A stretch of 64,000 nucleotides of DNA, taken from NCBI GenBank assembly GCA_902806345.1, contig CADCWF010000148.1:6724-70723 (forward strand). The letters run 5' to 3'. The notes beneath the pieces are model-generated. The model did no database searches, had not been told where the DNA came from, and saw nothing but the letters and a program-made list of their open reading frames with translations. Shown here piece after piece: positions 18,770 to 29,208 of this stretch (position 1 is the stretch's first letter; each line of letters starts with the position of its first letter). The translations under genes and the position numbers were made by a program. This DNA comes from an uncultured Thermomicrobiales bacterium. GTDB lineage: Bacteria > Chloroflexota > Chloroflexia > Thermomicrobiales > UBA6265.

Positions 18770-19282
18770 TCAGCACCCGTACTGGCAGACCCCTTGGGCG
18801 CCGGGAAGCCCTGGGTAGGAGGAGCAGCAGACGAGACCGAAGTCGCACGGCTGAAAGGTGCCGGAGGCGCAGGCGCAGCCGAGGCCGGTGCATCTGACCG
18901 TGTCGCAGGTGCCGTACTGGCCGCAGTAGCCGCTGCAGCAGCCAGGGCAGGTGTCGCCCCAGTTGCACGACCCGGAGCAGCCGCCGCCGTTCCCGGTGCA
19001 TGCCCCGCCGCAGTCGGCCGGGCTGGAGCAGACGCCTCCTCCCCCCGGAGTGCCGGGGCTGCTCGGGCAACAGACCAGGCCATTGCCGCAGGCATGGCGA
19101 GTCCCGGTGGCACAGCCGCAGCCGATGTAGTTGCAGTGGTCCGCCCGCGTCCCGTCGGGTGCCAACACGGCCCGTCCGAGCAGGGCAGCGACGGCGGCCA
19201 CGGCAACCCGGCGCAGAGCGCCGCGCCGGGAGGACGAGGACGCGAGACCGCGGGCGAGCGCGTCGAACCGTCGCGGTTCCAT
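18770..19282 (-). CDS. secreted cysteine-rich protein (24 Cys, duplicated Cys module + knottin-like core), Tat-type signal
   Basis: ATG 19282 lies 9 nt after GGAGGAGG. Signal MEPRRFDALARGLASSSSRRGALRRVAVAAVAALLGRAVLA. The mature part carries two copies of C-x4-C-x-C-x7-C-x5-CC-x12-C. Confidence 0.75.
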   Translation of the reverse strand: MEPRRFDALARGLASSSSRRGALRRVAVAAVAALLGRAVLAPDGTRADHCNYIGCGCATGTRHACGNGLVCCPSSPGTPGGGGVCSSPADCGGACTGNGGGCSGSCNWGDTCPGCCSGYCGQYGTCDTVRCTGLGCACASGTFQPCDFGLVCCSSYPGLPGAQGVCQYGC

Positions 19283-19454
19283 CGAGGAAGCCTCCTCCGG
19301 TATCAGTTGTCCCCCGAGGGGGTGAGGCTTGTAGGCTACGTGGGCACGAGCCGGACCGCAACCGCCATATCTGCCGCCGATCGCGGGCGATTCCAGCGAG
19401 TCTCGTCTGTCCGGATCGGCCCATCGGCGGCACAGGGGGACGCTCTCCGGTGCG

Positions 19455-20858
19455 TCACGATGGGGCACCTTCGGCGGCGGGACTCGTCTGCCACGATCCT
19501 GGGTCTGGGATGGGTACGGCCTCGCGCAGCGACCGCAGCGGCGAGAGCAGCAGCCAAGCGAACGCGACGAGCATTCCGAGCTCCCCTACCACCAGCGTTC
19601 CCGCCAGGCCGATAGCTCCGCCGAGCACGCCGCCGAGGAGCGATCCGATCGGACGCAGCCCCCAGACGAGGAAGCGGACCGTGCCGTTGACTCGGCCGGC
19701 GAGTCGATCCGGTACGATCGCCTGACGGAGGCTGATGGCGTTGACGTCGTAGGCGACGATGGCCATCCACTGGAGGAACTCCGAGGCGACGACGAGCGGC
19801 AACGCGCACCGCGGCGCGAGCACCGCCAGCGGCACCAGCAGCCCGGTTGCCCCGAACAGGAACATGGCGCCGACGATGGTCGGGCCCTGCCCGAAGCGAG
19901 CCCGCGCCGGTCCGGCGACGAGGCTCCCGGCCAGGGCGCCGACGCCTCCCGTCGCCAGGACCAGCCCGACCTCACCCGCGTCCAGACCGAGGTCCCGCGT
20001 CATGAACAGGACGTAGACGGCGAGGAAGGCAAAGCCCGCCACCTGGACCGTCGCCGAGGCGAAAACCAGCGCCCGAAGCACCTCGCTCCGCCGGACCACC
20101 GAGAGCCCCTCCCCGATCTCCGTCCAAACACCGGACCGCTCGGCGGCGGGAGTTCGCGCCGGTTCGGGCGACTTAATCCGCCAGAGCAGGGCGCCGGAAA
20201 CCACGAACGACGCTGCGTCGACCACCAGCGCAAACGGCCCGCCGAGGACCCGAACCAGCACCCCGCCGAGCCCCGGCCCGACAATCTGTGCGGCCGACGC
20301 GGTCGCCTCGAGCCGGCTGTTGCCGTCGACGAGCTGCCGGCGCTCGACCAGCGCCGGCAGGTAGGAGAGGTAGGCGACATCGAAGAAGACCGTCAGCGTG
20401 CCGGCCAGGAGGGCGACCGCGTAGAGCACCTCGATCGTCAAGGCGTTTAGCAGCCACGCCGCCGGGATGACGGCGAAAATGGCGGCCCGTCCGACGTCGG
20501 CGGCGATCATCACCGGCCGCCGTGGCCAGCGGTCGACCAGGACCCCGGCGAAGAGCCCGACGAGAAGGAACGGCAGCCAGCCGAGCGCGGCCAGCAGCCC
20601 GGTCTCGAACGGCGACGCCGCGAGCGTCGTCGCCGCGATCAGCGGCAGCGCCAATGCAGAGACGTGGGTGCCGAACTGCGACACCGCCTGGGCGCCCCAG
20701 AACCGGAGGAAATCTGGGTGCCGGAGCAGCGGCCGCGACGACTCGGGCGGAACGCCGCCGGATGACGGGAGCGGAACGCTCTGCCCGAGAGGAGACGGGC
20801 CAGCGTCGGAGGGCAGCCCGGGGACGACCCCGGGCTCGTCGTGGCTTGTCGAAGACAT
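19455..20858 (-). CDS. MFS transporter (EntS/MFS_3-like)
   Basis: About 467-aa polytopic protein. RHPDFLRFWGAQAVSQFGT is the typical N-terminus of this MFS subfamily. Start placed at ATG 20858; the ORF is open to 21083. Confidence 0.8.
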   Translation of the reverse strand: MSSTSHDEPGVVPGLPSDAGPSPLGQSVPLPSSGGVPPESSRPLLRHPDFLRFWGAQAVSQFGTHVSALALPLIAATTLAASPFETGLLAALGWLPFLLVGLFAGVLVDRWPRRPVMIAADVGRAAIFAVIPAAWLLNALTIEVLYAVALLAGTLTVFFDVAYLSYLPALVERRQLVDGNSRLEATASAAQIVGPGLGGVLVRVLGGPFALVVDAASFVVSGALLWRIKSPEPARTPAAERSGVWTEIGEGLSVVRRSEVLRALVFASATVQVAGFAFLAVYVLFMTRDLGLDAGEVGLVLATGGVGALAGSLVAGPARARFGQGPTIVGAMFLFGATGLLVPLAVLAPRCALPLVVASEFLQWMAIVAYDVNAISLRQAIVPDRLAGRVNGTVRFLVWGLRPIGSLLGGVLGGAIGLAGTLVVGELGMLVAFAWLLLSPLRSLREAVPIPDPGSWQTSPAAEGAPS

Positions 20859-21119
20859 GGAACGGAGACTCCCGGCATGCGGCCGGGGGAAGCGCGGCGC
20901 TCTCCCCCGCTGTCCAATGCGCCCGATCGTCAGGACAGCGGGGAATCCATCATGATGGTGGGGATCGGTCGGCCGTCGCGCTGCACCGGGAGTCCTCTTG
21001 CGCGTCATGAACATCGCCCGCCGGTACCGTAGCGGACGGTAGCTCGCCGCGCAAACACCCCCTCCCGTGTCTCCGGGGCACATATGTTCTGTACGTTCGT
21101 CCAGGTGTAAACTCCGGGC

Positions 21120-23576
21120 ATGAACCAGTCAGGCTTGGACGCACCGTGGTTCGCTGACCTGGCCGTGGATGGCGCACGGTCGGGCGGTGACCTCCTGACC
21201 TACGCGGTGCCGTCCTCGCTTGCCGGGAGCCTCCAGCTCGGCGACCTCGTCTGGGTCGGCGTCCGCAAGCGGTGGGGACTCGCCGTCGTCCTCCGCCTGC
21301 ACGACGAGGAGCCATCCTTCGCCACGAAACCGATCGAGGCGTTGGTCGACCCGCCCCTACGGCTCGCCCCGGACCGGATCGAGACGGCGCGCTGGATGGC
21401 CCGAGAGACGTCGTCGAGCCTCTTCGCCGCCTGCGCTCCCTTCCTGCCGCCGGGTTTGGCATCCAGCGCCTGCGAGACAGTCCGCCTGGCCGACCCCCTG
21501 CCGCCGCTGCCGGCATTGACGACCGCCCAGCGCCGCTTGGTCGAGTTCCTCGGAGAACGTGGCGAATCCCAACTGGAGGCGGCCCGCGCCGCCTTAGGAA
21601 GCAGCCTCGCCAGCGTCGTGCCGAAGCTGGACGACGCGGGAATCGTGGTCCGCTCGGTCCGCGGCGGCTGGGAGCCGCCGACCCCGAAGCCCCAACGCTT
21701 CGTCCGACTCCTCGCCCCGGTCGCGGTCGAGCGGGCGCCCCGCCAGCAGGCCGTCGTCGACGACCTGGTGCGCCGCTCTCGGCTCGCGCCCTCGGGCGAC
21801 CCCCCGCTCGTCCCCTTGCCGGACCTCCTCGCCCGGACCGGCAGCGACCACGCCGTCGTCGGCGCGCTCGCCCGGAAGGGCGTGGTCGAGGAAGTCACCG
21901 TGGCGCGGCCGCTCGCCCTCGTCTCCGAGTCGTCCGAACCGGTACCGACCCTGACCGCCGCCCAAGCCGGAGCGTGGCGCTCCATCGAGGACGCGCTCGC
22001 GGCCCGCGATCCGACCCCCTTCCTCCTCCACGGCGTCACCGGCAGCGGCAAGACGGAGGTCTACCTGCGGGCGATCGGCTGGTGTGTCCGCCACGACCGT
22101 TCGGCGATCGTGCTCGCCCCCGAGATCGCCCTCGCCTCTCAGGTGGTGCGGCGGGTGACGGCACGTTTTCCGGGTCGCGTCGCCGTGCTCCACTCGGCCC
22201 TCCCCGAGGCGGAGCGGGCGGCCACCTGGGCGGCCATCGCCGCCGGCCAGATGCCGGTCGTCGTCGGTCCCCGTTCGGCCCTCTTTGCCCCGGTCGACAA
22301 CCTCGGCCTGGTGGTGCTCGACGAGGAGCACGACGGCGCCTACAAGCAGGACGCCGAGCCGCGTTACCACGCCCGCGCCCTCGCCGAGGAGATCGGGCGG
22401 CGGCGCGGCGCCGTGGTCGTCCTCGGCAGCGCAACGCCGGCAGTCGAGACCACCTGGCGGGCCGAGGACGGCCAAGTCCGCCTCCTCCGCCTCCCCGACC
22501 GCGTCGGCCCTTCGAGGGCCGGCGGCGACGACCGCCGAACCGGGGAGGCCCTCGAACTGCCGCCGGTCGAGACGGTCGACCTCCGGCTGGAGCTCCACCG
22601 TGGCAACCCGTTGCTCCTGGGCGAACGGCTACTTGAGACCCTCCAGCGGACGCTGGCCCGCCGCGAGCAGGCGATCCTCTTCCTGAACCGGCGAGGGATG
22701 GCAACCGTCGTCCTTTGCCGCTCGTGCGGCCGAACCCTCCTCTGCCCCTACTGCGACATCCCCCTCGTCTACCACGCCGACCGCGGCTGGCTGCTCTGCC
22801 ACCGTTGCGACCTCCGGCAGCCGCCGGCGGCGGCGTGTTCCGAGTGTGGCGGCGGTCTGAACTACTTCGGGGCCGGCACCCAACGGGTCGAGCAAGAGGT
22901 GCGGCGGGTCCTCCCCGGCGCCCGCGTCCTGCGCTGGGATCAGGACACCGTCCGCCGGCGCGGGGGCCACGAAGCGCTCCTGCGCCAGGTCGAGCGCCAC
23001 GAGGTCGACATCGTCGTTGGCACCCAAATGATCGCCAAAGGGCTCGACCTACCGCTCGTCACGGCCGTCGGCGTCGTCAACGCCGACACCATGCTCCACC
23101 TGCCGGACTTCCGCTCGGCCGAGCGAACCTTCCAGCTCCTGACCCAGGTCGCCGGGCGGGCCGGCCGTCGCGGTCCCGGCTCGGTCGTCATCGTCCAGAG
23201 CTACACCCCCGACCACTACGCCATCCGGGCCGCCTCCCGCCACGACTACGCGGCGTTCTACGGCGAAGAGATCGCCTTCCGGCGGACCCATCGCTACCCG
23301 CCGTTCGTCCGCCTCGTCCGCTACCTCGTCCGTGACCCCGACGAGGCACGCTGCGCCGCCCAAGCCGACGAGATGGCCCGCCGCCTCGCTCGCCACGCCC
23401 GCGACCGCGGGGTGGAGATGGACCTTCTCGGTCCGACCCCGGCCTTCGCGACCAAGTCGCGGGGGCTCTACCAGTGGCAGATCGTCCTCCGCACCGAGGA
23501 TCTCGAGCGGCTGCTGGACGGACTCCCCGCCCCGCCCGGCTGGGCGGTTGATGTCGATCCCCAAAGCCTGCTCTGA
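21120..23576 (+). CDS. priA: primosomal protein N' (replication restart helicase)
   Basis: 818 aa. Walker A GVTGSGKTEVY, DEEHD, Cys-rich zinc region CRSCGRTLLCPYCD...CHRCD...CSECGG. Confidence 0.9.
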   Translation: MNQSGLDAPWFADLAVDGARSGGDLLTYAVPSSLAGSLQLGDLVWVGVRKRWGLAVVLRLHDEEPSFATKPIEALVDPPLRLAPDRIETARWMARETSSSLFAACAPFLPPGLASSACETVRLADPLPPLPALTTAQRRLVEFLGERGESQLEAARAALGSSLASVVPKLDDAGIVVRSVRGGWEPPTPKPQRFVRLLAPVAVERAPRQQAVVDDLVRRSRLAPSGDPPLVPLPDLLARTGSDHAVVGALARKGVVEEVTVARPLALVSESSEPVPTLTAAQAGAWRSIEDALAARDPTPFLLHGVTGSGKTEVYLRAIGWCVRHDRSAIVLAPEIALASQVVRRVTARFPGRVAVLHSALPEAERAATWAAIAAGQMPVVVGPRSALFAPVDNLGLVVLDEEHDGAYKQDAEPRYHARALAEEIGRRRGAVVVLGSATPAVETTWRAEDGQVRLLRLPDRVGPSRAGGDDRRTGEALELPPVETVDLRLELHRGNPLLLGERLLETLQRTLARREQAILFLNRRGMATVVLCRSCGRTLLCPYCDIPLVYHADRGWLLCHRCDLRQPPAAACSECGGGLNYFGAGTQRVEQEVRRVLPGARVLRWDQDTVRRRGGHEALLRQVERHEVDIVVGTQMIAKGLDLPLVTAVGVVNADTMLHLPDFRSAERTFQLLTQVAGRAGRRGPGSVVIVQSYTPDHYAIRAASRHDYAAFYGEEIAFRRTHRYPPFVRLVRYLVRDPDEARCAAQADEMARRLARHARDRGVEMDLLGPTPAFATKSRGLYQWQIVLRTEDLERLLDGLPAPPGWAVDVDPQSLL

Positions 23577-23677
23577 AACCGACGCGCCTACCGGCGCCTA
23601 ACCGGCGGCATAATGCGTGCGCCACCAGACGATGGAGCGTTACGGTTCAGCGGTATCGGATGCGAGGGGGAGCGAGC

Positions 23678-24223
23678 GTGGGGGAATCGGTGAAGAACGG
23701 TCGGTGGTCGTGGTCCCGCGGAGCCGGGATGGCGGTCGTCCTCGCCGCGACGCTTGCCGCCTGCGGCGGCGAGACCGCCCAGGAGGCCCAGGACGCGGCC
23801 GAAGACGGAGGGTCAGAGCCGGTCAGCACCGTCACCGAGGGCGTCACCGGCGAAACGGTCGTCCTCGCCTCGCCCAATCCCGACACCCGCGACATCGGGA
23901 TGGTCGCCACCCCGGCCGCCACGCCCGGACTGGAGAACACGGTCATCGAGGCCGAGGGCACCGTCGTCTCCCTCCAGGACGGTCAACTCGAACCGAACCG
24001 CCTGACCGGCACCCCGGGAGACTCCTTCGTCATGATCATCAACGGCGACGGCACCGAGCACACCCTCGAGATCGAGGGCTTGGTCGATTCGCAGACCATC
24101 GCCGCCGAGGGTCAGACCCAGGTCCAGTTCACCGTCGCTGAGCAGACGGGCGAGTTCCCGATTTTGATCGACGGCGAAGAAGCCGGCCTCTTTGCCTCCC
24201 AATCCGCGAGCGGGATCTCCTAA
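23678..24223 (+). CDS. lipoprotein with beta-sandwich (cupredoxin-like) domain, function unknown
   Basis: Lipobox LAAC after a hydrophobic stretch (MAVVLAATLAACGG). GTG 23678 follows GAGGGGGAG; alternative starts are 23660 and 23690. Confidence 0.65.
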   Translation: MGESVKNGRWSWSRGAGMAVVLAATLAACGGETAQEAQDAAEDGGSEPVSTVTEGVTGETVVLASPNPDTRDIGMVATPAATPGLENTVIEAEGTVVSLQDGQLEPNRLTGTPGDSFVMIINGDGTEHTLEIEGLVDSQTIAAEGQTQVQFTVAEQTGEFPILIDGEEAGLFASQSASGIS

Positions 24224-24368
24224 CGGGGGTACCGCCGAAGATGCCTGGCCTGCGCGATGAATCTCGGTCCGTGACGGTTGAGGATCGAGCCGGGATTGAT
24301 CGATAATTGAGATACTGTGAGCCGCCGAACGGGTGGTTCCCCGCCTCCATCCGACGGATTCCGACTGC

Positions 24369-24905
24369 ATGGCTATCCTCGACATCGTCCTCGAAGGCGA
24401 TCCCCGGTTGCGCCAGAAGGCGCACCGCATCCGGACGGTCGACGACTCGATCAGGCGTCTCGCCGCTGACATGCACGAGACCATGCTCGACGCCCCCGGC
24501 GTCGGGCTGGCTGCCCCCCAGGTCGGTATCCCCCTTCGCCTGTTCGTCGTCCACGTCCCGGAAAACTACGTCGAGGAGGGATCGCCGGAAACCACGCTGA
24601 CACTCGTTAACCCGGAGATCGTCAAGGCTCAGGGCCGGGTCCTCGGCTACGAAGGTTGCCTGAGCATCCCCGGCTGGACCGGCGAGGTGCCCCGCTCCGA
24701 CCGGGTCACGATCAAGGCGATCGGACTCGACAACCGGCCGCTCAAGATCAAGCACGAGGGTTGGGTTGCCCGCGTCCTCCAGCACGAGATCGACCACCTC
24801 GACGGCGTCCTGTTCCTCGATCGGGTCGAGGACCGCTCGACCATCCAGGAAGTGCCCGAGACGGAGGAGGCCGAGGGACCGGTCGAGGCCCTCAGCGCCG
24901 ATTGA
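24369..24905 (+). CDS. def: peptide deformylase
   Basis: Motifs GVGLAAPQVG, EGCLSIPG, HEIDHLDG. Start at MAILDIV. Confidence 0.9.
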   Translation: MAILDIVLEGDPRLRQKAHRIRTVDDSIRRLAADMHETMLDAPGVGLAAPQVGIPLRLFVVHVPENYVEEGSPETTLTLVNPEIVKAQGRVLGYEGCLSIPGWTGEVPRSDRVTIKAIGLDNRPLKIKHEGWVARVLQHEIDHLDGVLFLDRVEDRSTIQEVPETEEAEGPVEALSAD

Positions 24906-25009
24906 ACCCGGTGCCGGCGACGGCCGACCGGGTCACGGTCGGGATCCCGTATCGGAGTCAAGGGAACTGGAGCGACGACGCCGACCGGGGTCGTCGGCCG
25001 CAGTCCCCG

Positions 25010-25741
25010 CTAGATGTGAATCTCCGGCTGGCGGGAGCGAACGTGCTCTGCCTCGACGATGGCCGAGATCCGCTCGACCGCCGTCTCTACGCGCTCCGAC
25101 TCGTTGAAGATCACGTAGTCGAAGTCCGGTGCACTGGCGAGTTCCCGGCTGGCGGTGCCGAAGCGGCGCATCAGCACCTCGGGATCGTCCGACTTGCGGG
25201 AACGGAGCCGCTGGAGGAGGGCCGTCATCGACTCGGGCGCCAGGAAAATGCTCGTCACCCGCGGGACGAGGCGGCGAATGGCCTCGGCGCCCTGCACATC
25301 CACCTTGACGAAGACATCCTGGCCCCGCCTCAGCGCCGTTCGGATCGGCCCCCGCGGCACCCCGTACTGGTAGCCGTAGACGACCGCCGATTCCAGGAAC
25401 TCGCCGTCCTCCAGCCGCTCGGCGAACGCCGGGGCATCCATGAAGTAGTAGTGGAGCCCGTCGATCTCGCCCGGCCGGCGCGGTCGCGTCGTCGCCGTCA
25501 CCGCGAAGTGGGCTTCGCCGTAGCGCTGGCGCAGGGCCTCGATCACGGTATCTTTGCCAACGCCGGACGGCCCCGAAATGACGAACATTCGCGGCCGGCG
25601 CAGAGCCCGCAGGTCGTCGATCAGTCCGTCCGCGTGCTCTCCCAGGGCGTCCCCTTTGGCGCCGCGGGGCCCCGCTTCGTCCCGGTCGCTGGAAGGCGAC
25701 GCTTCGTCGGCCCGCTCGCGCAGATCCGTCTGCATCGCCAC
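25010..25741 (-). CDS. gmk: guanylate kinase
   Basis: P-loop ISGPSGVGKDT and the YYF.....F..... body. It has an N-terminal extension of about 50 aa, so the start is uncertain. Confidence 0.85.
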   Translation of the reverse strand: MAMQTDLRERADEASPSSDRDEAGPRGAKGDALGEHADGLIDDLRALRRPRMFVISGPSGVGKDTVIEALRQRYGEAHFAVTATTRPRRPGEIDGLHYYFMDAPAFAERLEDGEFLESAVVYGYQYGVPRGPIRTALRRGQDVFVKVDVQGAEAIRRLVPRVTSIFLAPESMTALLQRLRSRKSDDPEVLMRRFGTASRELASAPDFDYVIFNESERVETAVERISAIVEAEHVRSRQPEIHI

Positions 25742-25788
25742 CTCTCCGTCCGCACCCGCCCGCGTCGGCGGCTCGCCCGAGGAACACC

Positions 25789-27720
25789 GTGTTCGATGTC
25801 CTGACCGCCGCCGCCGTCGCCGACGAACTCGCCGCCACGGTACTGGACGGCCGCATCCAGAAGATCGGCCTGGTGGACCGCCGGACGATCGCCGCCGAGA
25901 TCTACGCCGGCGGCCACCGCCATGCCCTGGTTGCCAGCGCCGACGACCGGACGCCGCGGCTGCACCTCGCTCCGGGGATGCCGTCGCTCGATGCCGAACT
26001 CGTCACGCCGTTCGGACTACTCCTCCGCAAGTACCTGCGCGGCGGTGTTCTGGTCGGCATCGAGCAGCCGCCGCTGGAACGGCTGGTGCGGCTCAGTATA
26101 GCCAAGCACCTCCCCACAGACCACGAGCGGCGGGAGCGGCGGCGGGCCGGCCAGCCCATCTCGACGGAGGAGCCAGAGCCGCCTCTGGACAAGGAGGACG
26201 CGGAGGACGCGGAGGGCGAAGGGGACGCCACCTTCGTCCACCTCGCGGTCGAGGTGATGGGCCGTCACTCCAATCTGATCCTGATCGACGACGACGGAAC
26301 GATCATGGAGGCGGCCAAGCGCATCACCCCGGCGATGAGTCGGGTCCGCCCGATCGCGCCCCGCCTCCGCTACCTGCCGCCGCCGCCAATCGTCCGGCCG
26401 GACCCGAGGCGGCTGACCGCATCGTCCGCAGCCGACCTGCTGGCCGCGTTGCCGCCCCAGACCGAGCTTGCCCGCGGGCTCGTCTCCTCGCTCCGGGGTC
26501 TGAGTCCCCAGATGGGCCGGGAGATCGCGTTCCGGGCCGCCGGCTCCGCCACCGCTCGGGTTGGAGATGTGCTGGGCACACCGGACGGCGCGGCCGGGCT
26601 CGCTCGCGAGACGCGTGCGCTGCTCGAGCCGCTCCTCACCTCGGCCTGGTCACCGCGCCTCTACCGCGCGTTGACCCAAGACGACGACGCAGCCGGCCTG
26701 GAGATTGACGACTTGCCCGATTCGGCCGCGGGTGATGCGATCGCCTATGCGGCGCTACCCATGGCGCACCTGGACGCCTCACTGGCCGGGGAGCCGATCC
26801 CGACGATCTCCGCGGCGATCGCGCTCGTCGACGGCCGGGATGGCGGCGACGCGACGCCGGTTCGCCACGCCCAACGACGGGAACGCCTCCTGGGGATGAT
26901 CCGGGCCGCCCACGACAAGCAGGACCGCCGGCTCGCCGCGGTCCGCGAGCAGGGCGCCAAGGCGGCCGAGGCCGAGACGCTGCGCCACTGGGGCGAGCTG
27001 ATCTACGCCAACCTCTGGCAGATCCCGGCCGGTGCGGACTCCTTCGACGCCGACGGCGAGCGGATCGTCCTGCTCCCGGGCCTGGGAGCCAAGGAGACCG
27101 CCCAGGAGTATTTCGAGCGCTACCGGAAAGCGCAGAGCGCCGGGGTCCACCAGGGCGAGTTGGAGGCGGAGATCGCGGTCGAAGTCGCGTACCTCGACCA
27201 GATCGAGACCCTCGTCGCCCAGGCGGCCGGGTTCGCCCAACTGGAGGTGCTGGCGGGGGAGTGGGAAGCCCACGCCGGTCCGCAGCCGGGAACCGCCCGA
27301 CGCCGGAAGGCAATCTCCCCTAAGCGGCCCCGGCCGCTCCTCGACGACGACGGCAACGCGGTCTTCATCGGCCGCACCGCGGCCCAGAACGAGACCGTCA
27401 CCTTCGACCTCGTCGGTCCGGACGACACCTGGCTCCACGCCCGTGGCGCCGCAGGTTCGCACGTGGTCGTCCGCTGGCGGATACCGGGGACGGACGAGCG
27501 GCCCGAGACGATCGAGGCGGCGGCGCGGCTCGCGGCCTGGTACAGCGCCGGCCGCGAGGGCGCCCGGGTCGAGGTCGACATCGCTCGCCGGCGCCACGTC
27601 CGCAAGATCAAGGGCGGCCGCGCCGGGCTCGTCACCTATCGCAACGAGCGGACGATCGCCGTCCGCCCGGGGGACGAGCGCGCCGTCGGCGGGGTGCTGC
27701 GGCCGGGCGGGGAGCGGTGA
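25789..27720 (+). CDS. rqcH: ribosome quality-control protein RqcH / fibronectin-binding protein A family (NFACT)
   Basis: 643 aa. The NFACT-N type N-terminus (MFDVLT...L.GGRIQKI) and the C-terminal DUF814-like WLHARGAAGSHVVVR. Confidence 0.85.
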   Translation: MFDVLTAAAVADELAATVLDGRIQKIGLVDRRTIAAEIYAGGHRHALVASADDRTPRLHLAPGMPSLDAELVTPFGLLLRKYLRGGVLVGIEQPPLERLVRLSIAKHLPTDHERRERRRAGQPISTEEPEPPLDKEDAEDAEGEGDATFVHLAVEVMGRHSNLILIDDDGTIMEAAKRITPAMSRVRPIAPRLRYLPPPPIVRPDPRRLTASSAADLLAALPPQTELARGLVSSLRGLSPQMGREIAFRAAGSATARVGDVLGTPDGAAGLARETRALLEPLLTSAWSPRLYRALTQDDDAAGLEIDDLPDSAAGDAIAYAALPMAHLDASLAGEPIPTISAAIALVDGRDGGDATPVRHAQRRERLLGMIRAAHDKQDRRLAAVREQGAKAAEAETLRHWGELIYANLWQIPAGADSFDADGERIVLLPGLGAKETAQEYFERYRKAQSAGVHQGELEAEIAVEVAYLDQIETLVAQAAGFAQLEVLAGEWEAHAGPQPGTARRRKAISPKRPRPLLDDDGNAVFIGRTAAQNETVTFDLVGPDDTWLHARGAAGSHVVVRWRIPGTDERPETIEAAARLAAWYSAGREGARVEVDIARRRHVRKIKGGRAGLVTYRNERTIAVRPGDERAVGGVLRPGGER

Positions 27721-27867
27721 GGGCTCGCCGTCGGAGGCAACTGCCCAGCGCTCCTCCGGGCCAAAGCCCGGGGCGAGGGATCGGACTGCGCGAACTCGGC
27801 TCTTCGCCCCTTCCGGCGCTCCGCTGGGGGTGAGCCCTCACCCCCGGCGGGTGCAACTCATCGCTAC
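27721..27867. repeat. REP-like GC-rich palindromic intergenic element(s) / bidirectional terminator region
   Basis: Hairpins CCGGGC-CAAA-GCCCGG (27756-27773) and GGGGGTGAG..CTCACCCCC (27826-27845), plus a CTCTTCGCCCC core. The region lies between the convergent rqcH and tatC. Confidence 0.45.
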
Positions 27868-28689
27868 CTACGCCGGCGTCGGCGTTGGTGCCTTGGGATG
27901 GCCGCGGACGAAGAGGTAGGAGGTGAGGACGCCGAGCTCGTAGAGCAGCAGCAGGGGGATCGCCACCAGCGCCAGGTTGAACGGGTCCGACGACGGCGTG
28001 ATGACCGCCGCGACGACGAACATGATCAACACCGCGTACTTGCGGAACTCCCGCATCTTGCGCGGGGTCACCAAGTTGAGCTTGGCCAGGAGGAACATGA
28101 TCACCGGCAACTGGAAGGCCAACGCCAGGCCGATCATCAGCGTCAGGTAGAACGAGACGATCTGCTGGCCCTCGGGCGACCACTCGAAGAGGTCCGTGCG
28201 GAAGCCGGCGAGGAACGACAGGGCGCGGGGCGCCGCAATGAAAAAGGCGTAGGCCGCCCCTCCCAGGAAGAGCAGCGTGACGAACGGCAGGGACGAGTAG
28301 AGGATCCGCTTTTCTTTCCTCGTCAAGCCAGGGGAAAGGAACCCGAATATCTGCCAGAGGATGATCGGCATCGCGATCCCGATCGCGATGTAGAGCGCCA
28401 TCTTGAAGTACAGCCCGATGGTGTCGGTCGGGGAGACGACGTCGAACGGGGCGCCGGAGGATTCCTTCAACAGCTCGAGCAGCGGCCCCGACAGGAAAAT
28501 GCCGGCGATGAAGGCGACCCCGACCGCGATCACGATTTTGACGATGCGGTCGCGCAACTCGATCATGTGTTCGAGGAGCGTCATCTCCTCGAACACATCC
28601 GGCTCGTTCGGGTCCGGCAGGCGCGGCAAATTCGGCAACCTCCCGGCCAACTTGGCGGGGAGCTTCGGTGGTTTCAGGGCACGGGCCAT
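27868..28689 (-). CDS. tatC: twin-arginine translocase subunit TatC
   Basis: 273 aa, 6 TM segments. N-terminal MTLLEHMIELRDRIVK is the typical TatC motif. Confidence 0.9.
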   Translation of the reverse strand: MARALKPPKLPAKLAGRLPNLPRLPDPNEPDVFEEMTLLEHMIELRDRIVKIVIAVGVAFIAGIFLSGPLLELLKESSGAPFDVVSPTDTIGLYFKMALYIAIGIAMPIILWQIFGFLSPGLTRKEKRILYSSLPFVTLLFLGGAAYAFFIAAPRALSFLAGFRTDLFEWSPEGQQIVSFYLTLMIGLALAFQLPVIMFLLAKLNLVTPRKMREFRKYAVLIMFVVAAVITPSSDPFNLALVAIPLLLLYELGVLTSYLFVRGHPKAPTPTPA

Positions 28690-28807
28690 CGCGTTCCGTC
28701 CTTCGCTCGACCGTTCCGAAGCGGCTGCGCGGACTCACCGAACGAGAAGGCACCGTCGCCGGAGACCCGGGTGCCGTCCGGTCTCCATCCGGGCCGCGCC
28801 GGCAGCG

Positions 28808-29044
28808 TTAGCCGCCGTGCTCGGTGATGTACTGCACCGCATCGGACACGGTCCGGATGTTCTCAGCGTCCTCGTCCTTGATCTCGACGTTGAATTCCTG
28901 CTCCATCGCCATGATCACCTCGACCAAGTCGAGCGAGTCGGCGTTGAGGTCGCCGATGAACTCGGCCTCCATCGTCACCTTCTCATCGTCGACCCCGAGG
29001 CGTTCGGCGACGATGCCGCGCACGCGATCGTATACGGACGCCAC
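28808..29044 (-). CDS. acpP: acyl carrier protein
   Basis: GTG 29044 after GGAGGG. Phosphopantetheine site [12 protein letters not shown]. Confidence 0.9.
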   Translation of the reverse strand: MASVYDRVRGIVAERLGVDDEKVTMEAEFIGDLNADSLDLVEVIMAMEQEFNVEIKDEDAENIRTVSDAVQYITEHGG

Positions 29045-29208
29045 CCCAGCTACCCTCCGGCGGCGAGGACCAACACCGCTGGTCCCTCGCCGCGTCTCCC
29101 CAACGGTACGTCGACCGGTCCCGCGACGCGCGGAGCGTCGCCCCGGAGATCCCCCTCTCCTGGCCGGTGGAACGCCGCCCGGATGATACACGACCCCCCG
29201 GCGGTCGC

